64,000 bases of DNA from an uncultured delta proteobacterium (GTDB taxonomy: Bacteria > Desulfobacterota > Binatia > DP-6): NCBI GenBank assembly GCA_963815115.1, contig CAWFFN010000007.1:1152001-1216000 (forward strand), given 5' to 3'. The notes under the pieces are model-generated. The model saw only the letters and a list, made by a program, of their open reading frames with translations, was not told the origin of the DNA and searched no databases. Positions 23,015-33,381 of the stretch are shown here, piece by piece. The position numbers and the translations under genes are program-made. How positions within the stretch are numbered: the first letter of the stretch is position 1; every line of letters starts with the position of its first letter.

Positions 23015-24225
23015 GCCTCGAGCATCTCGATACGGTCATTTCCTTCGTGGTGATCCTTGCGGGCGTCAGCCTGCTCGTCACCACACTGACGCAGATGGCT
23101 TCGGCGCTGCTGGGCTTGCGGGGCACTAACCTCCGCTGGGGGATCACGACCCTGCTCAAGGAGCTGGATCCCGAGCTCAGGGCTTACGCTCCTTCGATCA
23201 GCCAGGCCGTCCTGCACCATCCGCTCATCTCGGATTCCACGTTCTCTCGCTTCGGCGCCCGGCTCCTCGGACGATGGAAGCTGGCCTCGGCGATTCGCAA
23301 GGATGAATTGATCGGAATACTCCACATCCTCGCCGAGTCTCCCCCGGCTGCCGCATCCGGCGCCAACACGGAGACCTGGCAGCCCAAGCTTCGCGACGCG
23401 CTCGAACAGCTCGACCGGGACGCGGCGGGCAGTGTCGTACTGGCCGCGCCGGAGATCCGGAAGCTGTTTCCGGGCGATGCCGACAAGAGCGAGCAGGTGC
23501 TGGCGCAGATGATGACCTCCGCCGAACATGTCTCCGGCACGATCAACGCGTGGTTCGACTCGACGATGGATCGGGTCAAGCAGCGGTTTGCGATGCACGC
23601 CAGGATCTCCACGATCATCTTCTCCGTGGCGATCGCGCTTGCTCTGCACCTGGACGCATTCAAGCTGCTGACGCAGCTCTCCACGGATGCCGAGCTGCGT
23701 GCGCGGCTGATCTCCAGCGCCGACACCCTCGCCAGGAAGGCCGACGAGATCCTCGTGACGTCCCCGAACGCCTCCACGGTCTACGTCGTGGCCATGCAGC
23801 AACTGCTCAGCGATGCGGGGAACGAGCTCGCGGGAGTAGGACAGCCCTCGGGATTCACCGACCTGTCCGGAGGAAAGCAATGGCTGGCGGATCAGCTGAA
23901 GGCCGCCCACATTCACGACCCCGACAAGTGGCTGGCACGGTACGAGGCCCTGGTGCCCCAAGCAGCGCTGCGCACGGCGGCGGACGATTTCCACTCGATC
24001 CTGAACGACAAGCTGAAGTTCCAGCTCATCCCCGATCCCTACCCTTCGCCGATCTACAACTACTGGACGCCGAGCTGGCTTCACCTCTGGGGCGTCGTCG
24101 CGAGCGCCGCTTTGCTGAGCCTGGGAGCACCTTTCTGGTTCAACATGCTCAAGACGCTCAGTAGCCTCCGCCCAGTGGTGGCAAACAAGCAAGAGCAGGA
24201 AGCCGGGGAGGAAGCGAAGACGTGA
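23011..24225 (+). CDS. Polytopic membrane protein coupled to the DUF6519 gene
   Basis: Hydrophobic stretches VISFVVILAGVSLLVTTL, IIFSVAIALALHLDA, LWGVVASAALLSLGAPFWFNML; ATGA overlap. Confidence 0.85.
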   Translation: MSLEHLDTVISFVVILAGVSLLVTTLTQMASALLGLRGTNLRWGITTLLKELDPELRAYAPSISQAVLHHPLISDSTFSRFGARLLGRWKLASAIRKDELIGILHILAESPPAAASGANTETWQPKLRDALEQLDRDAAGSVVLAAPEIRKLFPGDADKSEQVLAQMMTSAEHVSGTINAWFDSTMDRVKQRFAMHARISTIIFSVAIALALHLDAFKLLTQLSTDAELRARLISSADTLARKADEILVTSPNASTVYVVAMQQLLSDAGNELAGVGQPSGFTDLSGGKQWLADQLKAAHIHDPDKWLARYEALVPQAALRTAADDFHSILNDKLKFQLIPDPYPSPIYNYWTPSWLHLWGVVASAALLSLGAPFWFNMLKTLSSLRPVVANKQEQEAGEEAKT

Positions 24226-24508
24226 TTGGCGGACTTTCCCGGAGGCTCGCACGTAGGCCGCCTTGGTTGACGGCACCATGGGCCGTCGCTAGCATCGCGA
24301 GCAAGCGGACGGGTGCTCTCCGCACGTGTGAGAGGTTGCCGTATGCTTCGCAGTCGAACTGCTGGTGTTCACGAGGGCTTGCCGCCTCCTGGCCATCGGG
24401 GGGCGGCGCCCGGAGTCCGTCGCCCTCGAGAGCACGCTTCCGAGACGGCCCCCACGTCCAAGCGCGGGCTTTCGCCGGCTTCCAGCCGAGGAACAGAGAG
24501 CGTACCGA

Positions 24509-25609
24509 ATGAGAATGCAACCACTCAACGCTAAGCCCACGTCGACGCGAGCGCTCCCCTTGTTGCCCGCGCGAGGCCAGTTCCTGCAGCGGAAGTGTGC
24601 GTGTGCGGGGAAGGCCGCCGCAGCCGAGGGCTGCGCGGCGTGCCTCGAGAAGGAGCCGTTGCAACGTCGTGCGATGAGCACAGCTGAGCAAACGGGCGCG
24701 CCGGTCCGCGTGCGTGATGTGCTTCAGTCACGCGGCCAGCCGCTCGATTTGCGCAATCGCGCCTTCATGAAGACCTACTTCGGGCACGACTTCAGCCGCG
24801 TGCGAGTCCACACCGACGCACGAGCTGCAGAGTCTGCGCGGGAAGCCGGCGCGCTGGCATACACGGCCGGGGATCAGATTGTGTTTGGGTCGGGACAATA
24901 TGCGCCGAGATCGCCGAAAGGCATGGAGCTGCTCGCCCACGAGCTCGCCCACGTGATCCAGCAGCGCTCTGGGAGGGTTGTAGCTGAGCATGGAGTCGGC
25001 TCACCGCAAAGCGCTCACGAGCACGAAGCCGATAGTTTCGCTGAACGTGTATCTCGGATGATCTCACAGACGCGTGTCTTCCAAAGGTCCTCCCCTTCCA
25101 CTGTGAATTGCCTCACGAAGGGAGCAAGCGAGGCGGCGGACACGGAGACGTCATTTGAGCCTCCTGATCCGCGCTTCTTGTACCAAAACAACGGCGACAC
25201 GACCTGCAGGTTCCCGGCAGGGACGCCCTCGACCACCATTTCCAACACAGATTGCGCCCGGCCATGCACCGTGAGGCATGAAGGCATCCACAGCGCTGAT
25301 ATTTCTCCGTGCTGCGCTGCCGCCGGGAGGGCACACGCCGCCGCTGCAACGCCCGCGGCCAAGACTGCAGTTGAAGATCGCTTCTTCACGTGGATGGGTA
25401 GCAACCGTAGCTGGTTCGAATGTCGGGCCTATGCAGAAAGCGTCAGATGCGCCGATGGGATGATTACCGCGAAGCATTGTTCGAGTCCGGCGCCGGGTGA
25501 CGCGGCATGCTGCGGGACCCTGGCCTCGTACCGTTCAGACAAGGAGACCCGCCGCGCAAGCAATTGTGCCGCCGCGGCGGCCAACTTGTCTGCCTGTCCC
25601 TTTCCGTAG
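24509..25609 (+). CDS. Putative eCIS effector 2: CAC..CxxC leader, DUF4157 (eCIS core) domain, Cys-rich HExxH C-terminal domain
   Basis: LQRKCACAG..CAAC; GQPLD...FGHDFSRVRVHTD..A.AYTAGDQIVF...LLAHELAHVIQQ; C-terminal VRHEGIH...ECRAY. Confidence 0.88.
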   Translation: MRMQPLNAKPTSTRALPLLPARGQFLQRKCACAGKAAAAEGCAACLEKEPLQRRAMSTAEQTGAPVRVRDVLQSRGQPLDLRNRAFMKTYFGHDFSRVRVHTDARAAESAREAGALAYTAGDQIVFGSGQYAPRSPKGMELLAHELAHVIQQRSGRVVAEHGVGSPQSAHEHEADSFAERVSRMISQTRVFQRSSPSTVNCLTKGASEAADTETSFEPPDPRFLYQNNGDTTCRFPAGTPSTTISNTDCARPCTVRHEGIHSADISPCCAAAGRAHAAAATPAAKTAVEDRFFTWMGSNRSWFECRAYAESVRCADGMITAKHCSSPAPGDAACCGTLASYRSDKETRRASNCAAAAANLSACPFP

Positions 25610-25631
25610 GAAGAACGGGCAAGGCGGGACC

Positions 25632-26384
25632 GTGAAGAGGAAGCGCCTCGTCAGGCCGCTTGTCGGGGGCGCGGTGATGATGGCGGCGCTCTGGGTATCT
25701 CAGGCGCTCCGACCAGAGAGTGGTGCTGCCGCGGATGGAGGACACCGCGACAGCACGGGTGCCAGGCGGGGGGATACGACGTGCTCGGACAACTCCGCGC
25801 AATTGTCGAGGGGAGAAGAGATGGATGAGGTCAAGCTTCTAGAGGATCAGGAAGTGAAACTACGGCTCCCCATGTCCGGCTATCGCCTGATTCCCGGGTA
25901 TACGGGTCACCTCGGATTGCCGGTGGAGATCCACCTGCGGCTGTATGCGGTCAAGGACCAGGAGAAGAGGCTGATAGCCAGTCCTGACGACCTGTCGCGT
26001 ATCGTCACGCATATTGACGACGAGGATGCGGCGTGGCGTTTTCTCCGTCTCTTTACAGCGCCGGCAACTCACTACCTCTTCCAGAAGGGCGTCTACACGA
26101 TCGATCTGGAAGTATCATCCCCGGGCTTGCAGACCGGCGAGGGCGTGATCTCACCCGAGGTGGCTCAGCGGATTGGTCTCCAGCCGGCAGAGATGACGCG
26201 GGAGAACCGTCAGTATGTTGCCAGCCGCGATCTGGTGCGCGCGAATGCAATGGAGCGAGGAGCGCCGGCCGAAGTCCTTCGCCGCCGTGAAACGCTCTCT
26301 GAGGGAGCCGCGTATCGCCTGATAGAGGACCGTGTGAAGGGAAGCATCCCGCGCCAGGATGTGACCTTCCCGTCGTATGAATGA
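25632..26384 (+). CDS. Exported partner protein of effector 2, possible immunity
   Basis: GTG start, basic then hydrophobic N-terminus (KRKRLVRPLVGGAVMMAALWVSQA); 22 bp after effector 2. Confidence 0.55.
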   Translation: MKRKRLVRPLVGGAVMMAALWVSQALRPESGAAADGGHRDSTGARRGDTTCSDNSAQLSRGEEMDEVKLLEDQEVKLRLPMSGYRLIPGYTGHLGLPVEIHLRLYAVKDQEKRLIASPDDLSRIVTHIDDEDAAWRFLRLFTAPATHYLFQKGVYTIDLEVSSPGLQTGEGVISPEVAQRIGLQPAEMTRENRQYVASRDLVRANAMERGAPAEVLRRRETLSEGAAYRLIEDRVKGSIPRQDVTFPSYE

Positions 26385-26534
26385 GTCGCGAGACAGGCGG
26401 GAGGTGACCCGCGCCTCTTCGATCCGTTCCGCGCGCTAGGATCACCGACGCCGCGGGTGCTTGCCTGCGTGTGGTGAACGGCGGTAGAGGGTTCCCCCTG
26501 TTCCCGAACGGGAACACCCCGACGCGAAGGCCGT

Positions 26535-28560
26535 ATGCCCGACGATCCGCTGTCCCGCAGACTCACCACGATCGTTGCGCTCGACGTCGCGGGCTATTCC
26601 GCACGCACGGAAGCCGATGAGGCGAGAACCGCGGCCGAGGTGGCGGCGCTGCGGCGCGTGATCGAAGGCATCGCCACGGCGCAAGGCGGGCGCGTGTTCA
26701 ACACCGCAGGCGATGGCTTCATGCTGGAGTTCGGCTCGAGCCTGGCCGCCGTCGAGGCCGCCTACGCCCTCGCAGACACGTGCGAGCCCAAGGTGCGGGT
26801 CGGCGTACATCTGGGCGACGTCGTGGTGCAGCCCAATGGCGACCTCCTCGGCCACGGCGTCAATGTCGCGTACCGCCTGATGGCGCGCAGCGATCCAGGT
26901 TCGGTGTTGGTGTCGGCCGACGTGCGCCGTACGATCCGGGGCCCGTTGGCCGAGCGTCTCGTCTCGCGCGGCAGCCTGCAGCTCGACAAGATGACGGAGA
27001 CCATCGAGGCCTTCGCGCTCGGTTCCGCGGCGTCGGTCAACGTCGCGACGCCACCCACGAGCACCGAGCCGCTTCTCGCCGTGCTACCCTTCGACAACCT
27101 GTCGGATGATCGGGAGATGCAGTTCTTCTCGGACGGCGTGTCGGAGGAGATCATTCAACGGCTGTCACGCGGCGCACAGATGAAAGTGATCGGGCGCACA
27201 TCGAGCTTTCAGTTTCGTGGTGCGGACAAGACTGCCGCGCAACGTGGCGAAGGAGCTCAAGTGCTCGCACATCCTGGACGGCTCCATCCGCCGGGCGGGC
27301 GGGCGGGTGCGCATCGCGACGCATCTCGTGGACGCGACCTCGCAGACGACCCTGTGGTCGGATCGGTATGACCGCAGCCTCGAAGACATCTTCGCCGTGC
27401 AGGACGAGATCTCCGAACACATCGCGGCCGCCCTCGACAGGACCTTCACGAGCTTCTCGACCAAGGCGATCGATCCGGCGGTCTATGACCTCTATCTGCA
27501 CGCCAGCCCCAGGTCCTATGCGCCCGAGGAGCTGCGGACCAACATCGGCCTGCTGGAGGTCGCCACGCAGCGCGGCCCCACTTTCGCCGAAGCCTGGGGT
27601 CGGCTCGCGTATCTGCGGGCCTGGCTGCGCCTCTATCAGCCGTTTGCCGATCGCGCTGCGAGCGCCGGCCTGGTGGCGAACGAAGCAGAGCGGGCGTTGG
27701 CTCTCGATCCGCAGAACGTCGACGCCCTGTTGGCGCAGTTCTTCCTCATCCCCCCCTTCGGACGGTTCGTCGAGGCCGACGCGGTCATGGGGCGCATCGG
27801 GCGGGCGGCCGGCCTCGGCGCCGGAGGAATCTACGTCGGCTGGCACTGCAGGGCCATCGGACGGCTTCGCGAAAGCGCCGAAGCGACGGAGCGCGCCTTC
27901 CTGTTGGACGCATTGAACCCGATGTCCGCGAATCTGGTCGCGCTCTCGAGAATGGCGACGGGGCGCGTTGCGGAAGCCGTGCCGGTTTTCGAGGACCTCA
28001 TGGCGCGCGTGCCCGACATGAGCTTCCCGGTTGCGAACCTGCTGCGCGCGCAGGCCTTCCTCGAGGATTGGGCGGCGGTCGACCGGCTACTGGATCCTGC
28101 GGCACGACACCCTCTGCGCGAGTTTCAGGACGGTCTGGCGTTCATCCGGACCAAGCGCGACCCCACGCCGGAGAACATCGGCGCCATCCGAGACGCGCTC
28201 GCGGCGGATTGCACCAGGACGGGATGCGTCGACGTCTCGCGGCTCGTGTACGCAGCGCACCTCGGCCTGGTCGAGAAAGCCTACCGGACGGCCGAGACCG
28301 CCTGCCTCGGTCCGGGTGGTACCGAAGACGACATCATGGGTCCGGACGGCTACCGCACCGGGCTGTTGTTCCACGCTGGGATGCCTGAATTGCGCAACGA
28401 TCCGCGCTTCGCGCTCCTGTGCGCACGCCTCGGCCTCGTCGAATTCTGGTTGGCGACGGGCAAATGGCCCGACTGCGTCGATGAAGTTCCCTACGACTTC
28501 AAGGCCGAATGCGAGAAGGTGCGCATGGTTCCGATACACGAGTTCAGGTTTTTGAACTGA
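26535..28560 (+). pseudogene. Class III adenylate/guanylate cyclase with TolB-like and TPR regions, frameshifted near 27234
   Basis: RRLTTIVALDVAGYS, AGDGF, GHGVNVAYRL, AVLPFDNLS..FSDG; continues in another frame as RNVAKEL..HILDGSIRRAGGRVRI. Confidence 0.85.
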
Positions 28561-28589
28561 CACCGCGCGCCCCATCTTCCCTCGGCCTG

Positions 28590-28879
28590 ACGTAGCTCTT
28601 CATCTCCACGACCTCCGCGTGGTCGAGCATCTGAGCGACCGCGTCGCGACCATGTCCCTCGGGACGATCGGCGAGATCGCCTCCCGCGACGAGGTCTACA
28701 CCGATGCGCGACATCGATACACGCGCGCGCTGCTCGCCGCCGTTTCGGTGCCGGACCCGCTACGGCGTGCGGAGCGGCCGCCGCTCCGCGGCGACTTCCC
28801 GAGCCCGCTCTCGCCACCGCCGCCCCTTTCCGAGACGGCCAGAGCGGGGCGCGGCCGTCTGGCGCATTCGCAAACCTGA
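28590..28879 (+). pseudogene. C-terminal fragment of an oligopeptide ABC ATPase (OppF/DppF-type)
   Basis: FISHDLRVVEHLSDRVATM..G...HRYTRALLAAV.VPDP with no Walker A. Confidence 0.75.
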
Positions 28880-29101
28880 GAGAGGTATTCGCAGACCCAA
28901 GACAGATTGGTATGGTGTTGCCCTATGCCCGTGGGTGTCACCATGTTGCTCACCGACACGGTAAACGCCCTTCTACCGGCCGGGCGACGGGCGGGCGCGG
29001 CGCGTTCGGCGGTCCGGCTCTTGCTTGGTCTCACCCGGGAACGGCCTCCGGCACGCCCCGGCCGATGACAGCCGACCGGAACAACGCTCGAGAGGAGACT
29101 C

Positions 29102-30490
29102 ATGCGACATCCGAGGATCAACCATGCGACCGCGATGGCCGCCGCCTTGGTGCTCACCTTCCTCCGCGTGGTGGCCTGGGCGGAAGCCCAGGATGAGCTG
29201 GACGGCCAGCTGACCGCCGTCCTGCACCAGCACGGCTTCACGGGCGCCGTCGAGAGCACCCTAGAGGCGAGGATCGGACGGCGGATCGACCAACGTCTGG
29301 CGCGGCTCGGCAAGGTGCTGTGGTTCGATGAGCTGACCTCGGTCAATGACGACAACACGTGCGGTGGGTGCCACGCGCCGCCAGCCAACATGGGAGACAC
29401 GCAGTCGATCGCCATCGGCATCGAGAACAACCGCCTCGTCGGGCCGGACCGGATCGGCCCCAGGAACCAGCGCCGAGCTCCCACGGTGGTCAATGCCGCG
29501 TTCTATCCGAATCTCATGTGGAACTCGCGATTTGCGTCGCTGTCGCGCGACCCGTTCGACAACGGCGCCGGGTTCAGCTTCCCGGCGCCCGAAGGAACCC
29601 GCCTGTCGTACGAACCGCAGCTCCTCATCGCACAAGCCTTCATCCCGCCGACCGAGCGAGTCGAGGCGGCGGGGTTTGCCTTTCCGGGTGACAACGACGA
29701 CATCCGGGCGGAGGTCATCCGCCGCCTCAATGACACCGCGGCGTATCGCGATCTCTTCGGACGCGTCTTTGCGGAGGTCCGCCGGGGCGATCCCATCACC
29801 TACGAGCACTTCTCGCGGGCGATCGCCGAGTTCGAGTTCACTCTCGTGTTCGCCGATGCACCGCTCGATCGTTTCGCGCGTGGTCGGACGCACGCCATGA
29901 CGGCCGACCAGAAATCGGGCGCGCTTCTCTTCTTCGGAAAAGCTGGCTGCGTGCAGTGCCACGCCGTATCGGGCCAGTCGAACGAGATGTTCAGCGACTT
30001 CTCCCAGCACGTCGTCGGCGTGCCGCAGGTGACACCGAGCACCGGCAACGTCACGTTCGACGGTCCCGGCGGCAACGAGGATTTCGGGCTGGAGCAGATC
30101 ACGGGCGATCCCGGGGACCGCTACAAGTTTCGCACCTCCCCGATCCGCAACGCGGCCGTGCAGCCCGCCTTCTTCCACAACGGCGCGTTCGTGACTCTCG
30201 AGGCTGCGATTCGTCACCATCTGAATGTCTACGAATCGGCCCGTACCTACAGCACGGCGCAACTGGACGTCGATCTGCGTGGTCCGGTCGGCCCGATCGA
30301 GCCGGTGCTGGAGCGGCTGGATCCGCTGTTGCGGACGCCGATCGAACTGACGGATGCCGAGTTCGGGCAACTCTACGCATTCGTGGCGGAAGCGCTCCTC
30401 GACCGGAGAGCGCTGCCCGTGCATCAGCGTCATCTGGTACCGAAGCGGGTGCCCAGCGGCCGTGCGATTCCGACGTTTCAGTTCGAGTAG
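29102..30490 (+). CDS. Diheme cytochrome c peroxidase/MauG-family protein
   Basis: Signal peptide; CGGCH and CVQCH; RRAPTVVN, FRTSPIRN...FFHNG. Confidence 0.9.
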   Translation: MRHPRINHATAMAAALVLTFLRVVAWAEAQDELDGQLTAVLHQHGFTGAVESTLEARIGRRIDQRLARLGKVLWFDELTSVNDDNTCGGCHAPPANMGDTQSIAIGIENNRLVGPDRIGPRNQRRAPTVVNAAFYPNLMWNSRFASLSRDPFDNGAGFSFPAPEGTRLSYEPQLLIAQAFIPPTERVEAAGFAFPGDNDDIRAEVIRRLNDTAAYRDLFGRVFAEVRRGDPITYEHFSRAIAEFEFTLVFADAPLDRFARGRTHAMTADQKSGALLFFGKAGCVQCHAVSGQSNEMFSDFSQHVVGVPQVTPSTGNVTFDGPGGNEDFGLEQITGDPGDRYKFRTSPIRNAAVQPAFFHNGAFVTLEAAIRHHLNVYESARTYSTAQLDVDLRGPVGPIEPVLERLDPLLRTPIELTDAEFGQLYAFVAEALLDRRALPVHQRHLVPKRVPSGRAIPTFQFE

Positions 30491-30611
30491 GCGCGCGCCG
30501 CGCCCCTTCCGGCTGGTGGGCCTGACATTGCCCCTTTCTTGTCGTAACTCCTGCAACCTAGCCTGGCGTGCGTAGACACGGCGGGTTGCCGGGCTCTTTG
30601 AGGAGGTGCTC

Positions 30612-31247
30612 ATGACGTCGAGAGTCGTCGGGTCGGTCGTCTCGTTGCTCGTGCTGCTGTGGGCCACGCCGGGGCACGCAGTCTTCGACCTGGCTCACAC
30701 CGGCAGTACAACCCTGTCGGCTCCGCCGCGCAGCGAGTGTACGTCGAAGAAGCTCGAGATCGCCGGCAAGAAGCTGCGCGACGAGATGAACTGCCACTCG
30801 AAGGCGGTGAACAAGGGCGAGCCGCTCGACGGCGAATGCCTGAGCAAGGTCGAGACGAAGTTCAGCGAGACCTGGGCCAAGGAGGAAGGCAAGGGCGGGT
30901 GCCTCACCACGGGTGATGCGGCGGGCATCGAAGGAACGATCGACGGCTTCATCGGCGAAGTCGTGGGTGACCTCGTGCGAGCGCACACCAAGAGCAAGTG
31001 CACCTCGAAGAAACTCGGGCTGATCGGCAAGAAGGCGCAGTCACTCGCGAAGTGCCACGCGAAGGCCCTCGACAAGGGCCTCGTCGTGGACGAGGAGTGC
31101 CTCCAGAAGGCCAGCGACACGTTCGCCAAAGGCTGGCCGAAGGCCGAGAAGGAGGCCGACTGCCAGGCGGGCCCCGGTGATCTCGCGCACATCGAGGGCG
31201 AGGTCGACGAGCTCGTCGAGGGGCTCGTCGATTTGCTGGTGCCGTAG
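30612..31247 (+). CDS. Secreted protein with two tandem Cys-rich helical repeats
   Basis: Signal peptide; twice CTSKKL..GKK..CH.KA..KG...ECL.K...F...W.K.E...C. Confidence 0.85.
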   Translation: MTSRVVGSVVSLLVLLWATPGHAVFDLAHTGSTTLSAPPRSECTSKKLEIAGKKLRDEMNCHSKAVNKGEPLDGECLSKVETKFSETWAKEEGKGGCLTTGDAAGIEGTIDGFIGEVVGDLVRAHTKSKCTSKKLGLIGKKAQSLAKCHAKALDKGLVVDEECLQKASDTFAKGWPKAEKEADCQAGPGDLAHIEGEVDELVEGLVDLLVP

Positions 31248-31551
31248 CGTCGACATCTCCCCATGGCACCCCGCGGGTCGCGCCGCGTCGCCGGGGTCAT
31301 GCCAACGACGGCAGCTGGCGCGGCCGGCGGCGGACCCGCTGGTGGCGGTCGCGGGCGAAGGCGTCACCGCGTCTCGCCGGCGCCCCGTGCAGCGTTCGTA
31401 CTGCAGCCGCCTTCCCGGGTGCAACCGCCCGGCTGCGGCGATTGCACGCTCGAGACCCGTCCAGCGTGCGAGTTCACGCGGTTCGGGCCGAAGTCCGGAT
31501 CTTGCTTGGGAACTCGGGGCCGATGCCGAGGAACCGCACGCGACGCCACCC

Positions 31552-31986
31552 ATGAGCGGGAGCGACGCCGCCACGCCAGGACCGTCCCGGCCGCGGCCGC
31601 GCCCGGCATCGCGCCAACGCGCCCGTCGATGGCGGGCGGTGCACGTCGCCACCGGTGCGCTCGTCGCCCTCCACTTTTCGGTGCTCGTGGCGGCGTTCCC
31701 GGACATCATGGTGACCAACGACTCGGCGTTTCACGTCGCCCTCGCACGGCAGTACGCGGAGCACGGGACCTACTTCTGGGACACGATCCACTACGCGCCT
31801 GCACACCGGCCCAACCTCCAGGGCCCCGCGGTGCATATGGCGACCGGCTTGCTCGGCCGCCTCCTCGGCGGCTCGGGTGACGACTACGTCCGCGCCAATG
31901 TATTGCTCGCCCTGGCCGGCTGGCTCGCAGCCGTCGGCACGGTCGTCTTCTGTGCGCTGGCCATCAGCGACGCGGCGACCCCGTAG
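31552..31986 (+). pseudogene. Truncated membrane protein, GT-C glycosyltransferase-like N-terminus
   Basis: TM helix, loop DSAFHVALARQY, second TM helix, then an abrupt stop. Confidence 0.45.
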
Positions 31987-32307
31987 TCTCCCGAGACCCC
32001 TGCGCCGGCGACGCGTCTCGCAACGCGGCCATGCCATCGCCGGCGCAGGGACGACCGAGAACGGCACGTATCCTCACGCGGGCCCCGCGGCACGACAGCC
32101 GGGGACCGATGACGGCTGCGTATCGCCGTAGCGCGCCTCGTCGTTGAAGACCTCGGGAGACGCCATCACCGGGAGGCCTGACGGTGTCGGCCCCGCCCCT
32201 TGATATCCCTGTGCCCATGGAGTTATCTAGGTCCGTGCCCGGCGGCACCGGTCGAGGCCTGTCGGCGTTCGACCCTCAGACGCTGCAGGGCTTTTGCATC
32301 GGAATTC

Positions 32308-33258
32308 ATGAACCATCACCTCGCGCTGACCACGGTCCGACATCTTTGGGCCGTGAGACCGATGCTGGTCGGCTTGCGTAGCTACCTGCCGCTCACCCTG
32401 TCGTCGCTGGCGGTTCCGCTGCGTGAACCGGGAGGGACCGTCTCGGCGCGCTACTGCTACAGCGTTTGGCTGCGGCATCTATGCCAGGCACAGAGGTACG
32501 GGCTCAACACGTCCCCGAGCGTGGTCGCCGAGCTGGGTCCCGGCGGCTCGATCGGCGTCGGGCTGGCGGCGTTGCTGACCGGCGCCGAACGCTACTACGC
32601 GCTCGACGCGGTGCCTCGCGCGTCGGACGTGCGGAACCAGACGGTACACCGCGACCTGGTGCAATTGCTGGCGGCGCGCACCGACATCCCGGACGAGAGA
32701 GAGTTTCCCCGTTTGCACCCATCGCTGCCGGCGTACGACTTTCCCAGAGGCATCCTGACCGACGAGCGGCTGGTCGCCTCGGGCCGCGAGCTTCCGGCGT
32801 CTGCGATCACCTACATCTGCCCCTGGGAACGGATCGATGCCGTCCGACCCGCGTCGGTCGATTGGGTCATTTCCCAGGCCGTGCTGGAACACGTCGACGA
32901 CCTGGATCTCGTCTACCGGGCGATGGCTTCGTGGCTCAGGCCTTGGGGAGTGATGTCGCACGAGATCGACTTCAAGAGCCACGGGACCGCGCCGGCGTGG
33001 AATGGCCATTGGGCCTATGGAAACCGGACCTGGACGCTGATCAGGGGGAAGCGTCCGTACCTGATCAACCGCGAACCACTCGGCACACATCTTCGACTGT
33101 TGGCGAAGCACGGCTTCGAGGTGCGGCACGTCGCACGCTTCACGATGCCGAGCACGCTGGAACGGAGCGAGCTCGCCGGGCCGTTCCGAGGCATCAGCGA
33201 CGAAGATCTCGCCACCAGTGGCGCGTACATCCTCGCGGTCAAGATCCCCCGGCAGTGA
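32308..33258 (+). CDS. Class I SAM-dependent methyltransferase
   Basis: VAELGPGGS, VDWVISQAVLEHVDD, LRPWGVMSHEIDF. Confidence 0.85.
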   Translation: MNHHLALTTVRHLWAVRPMLVGLRSYLPLTLSSLAVPLREPGGTVSARYCYSVWLRHLCQAQRYGLNTSPSVVAELGPGGSIGVGLAALLTGAERYYALDAVPRASDVRNQTVHRDLVQLLAARTDIPDEREFPRLHPSLPAYDFPRGILTDERLVASGRELPASAITYICPWERIDAVRPASVDWVISQAVLEHVDDLDLVYRAMASWLRPWGVMSHEIDFKSHGTAPAWNGHWAYGNRTWTLIRGKRPYLINREPLGTHLRLLAKHGFEVRHVARFTMPSTLERSELAGPFRGISDEDLATSGAYILAVKIPRQ

Positions 33259-33381
33259 ACCACGCCGCCGTCGCGTGATGCGACCCGCCCGTCGATCGTC
33301 CCGACCCCCGGTGGCCCCGAGTCATCCCTGGCACCCCGGGCCACCCATTGTGCGCTCCCTCGTGGCTCCTCATCGAAGGGA

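Noticed and set aside
27217-27250. Programmed frameshift in the adenylate cyclase gene
   Set aside because: No slippery heptamer; a single extra base explains it as a mutation or sequencing error
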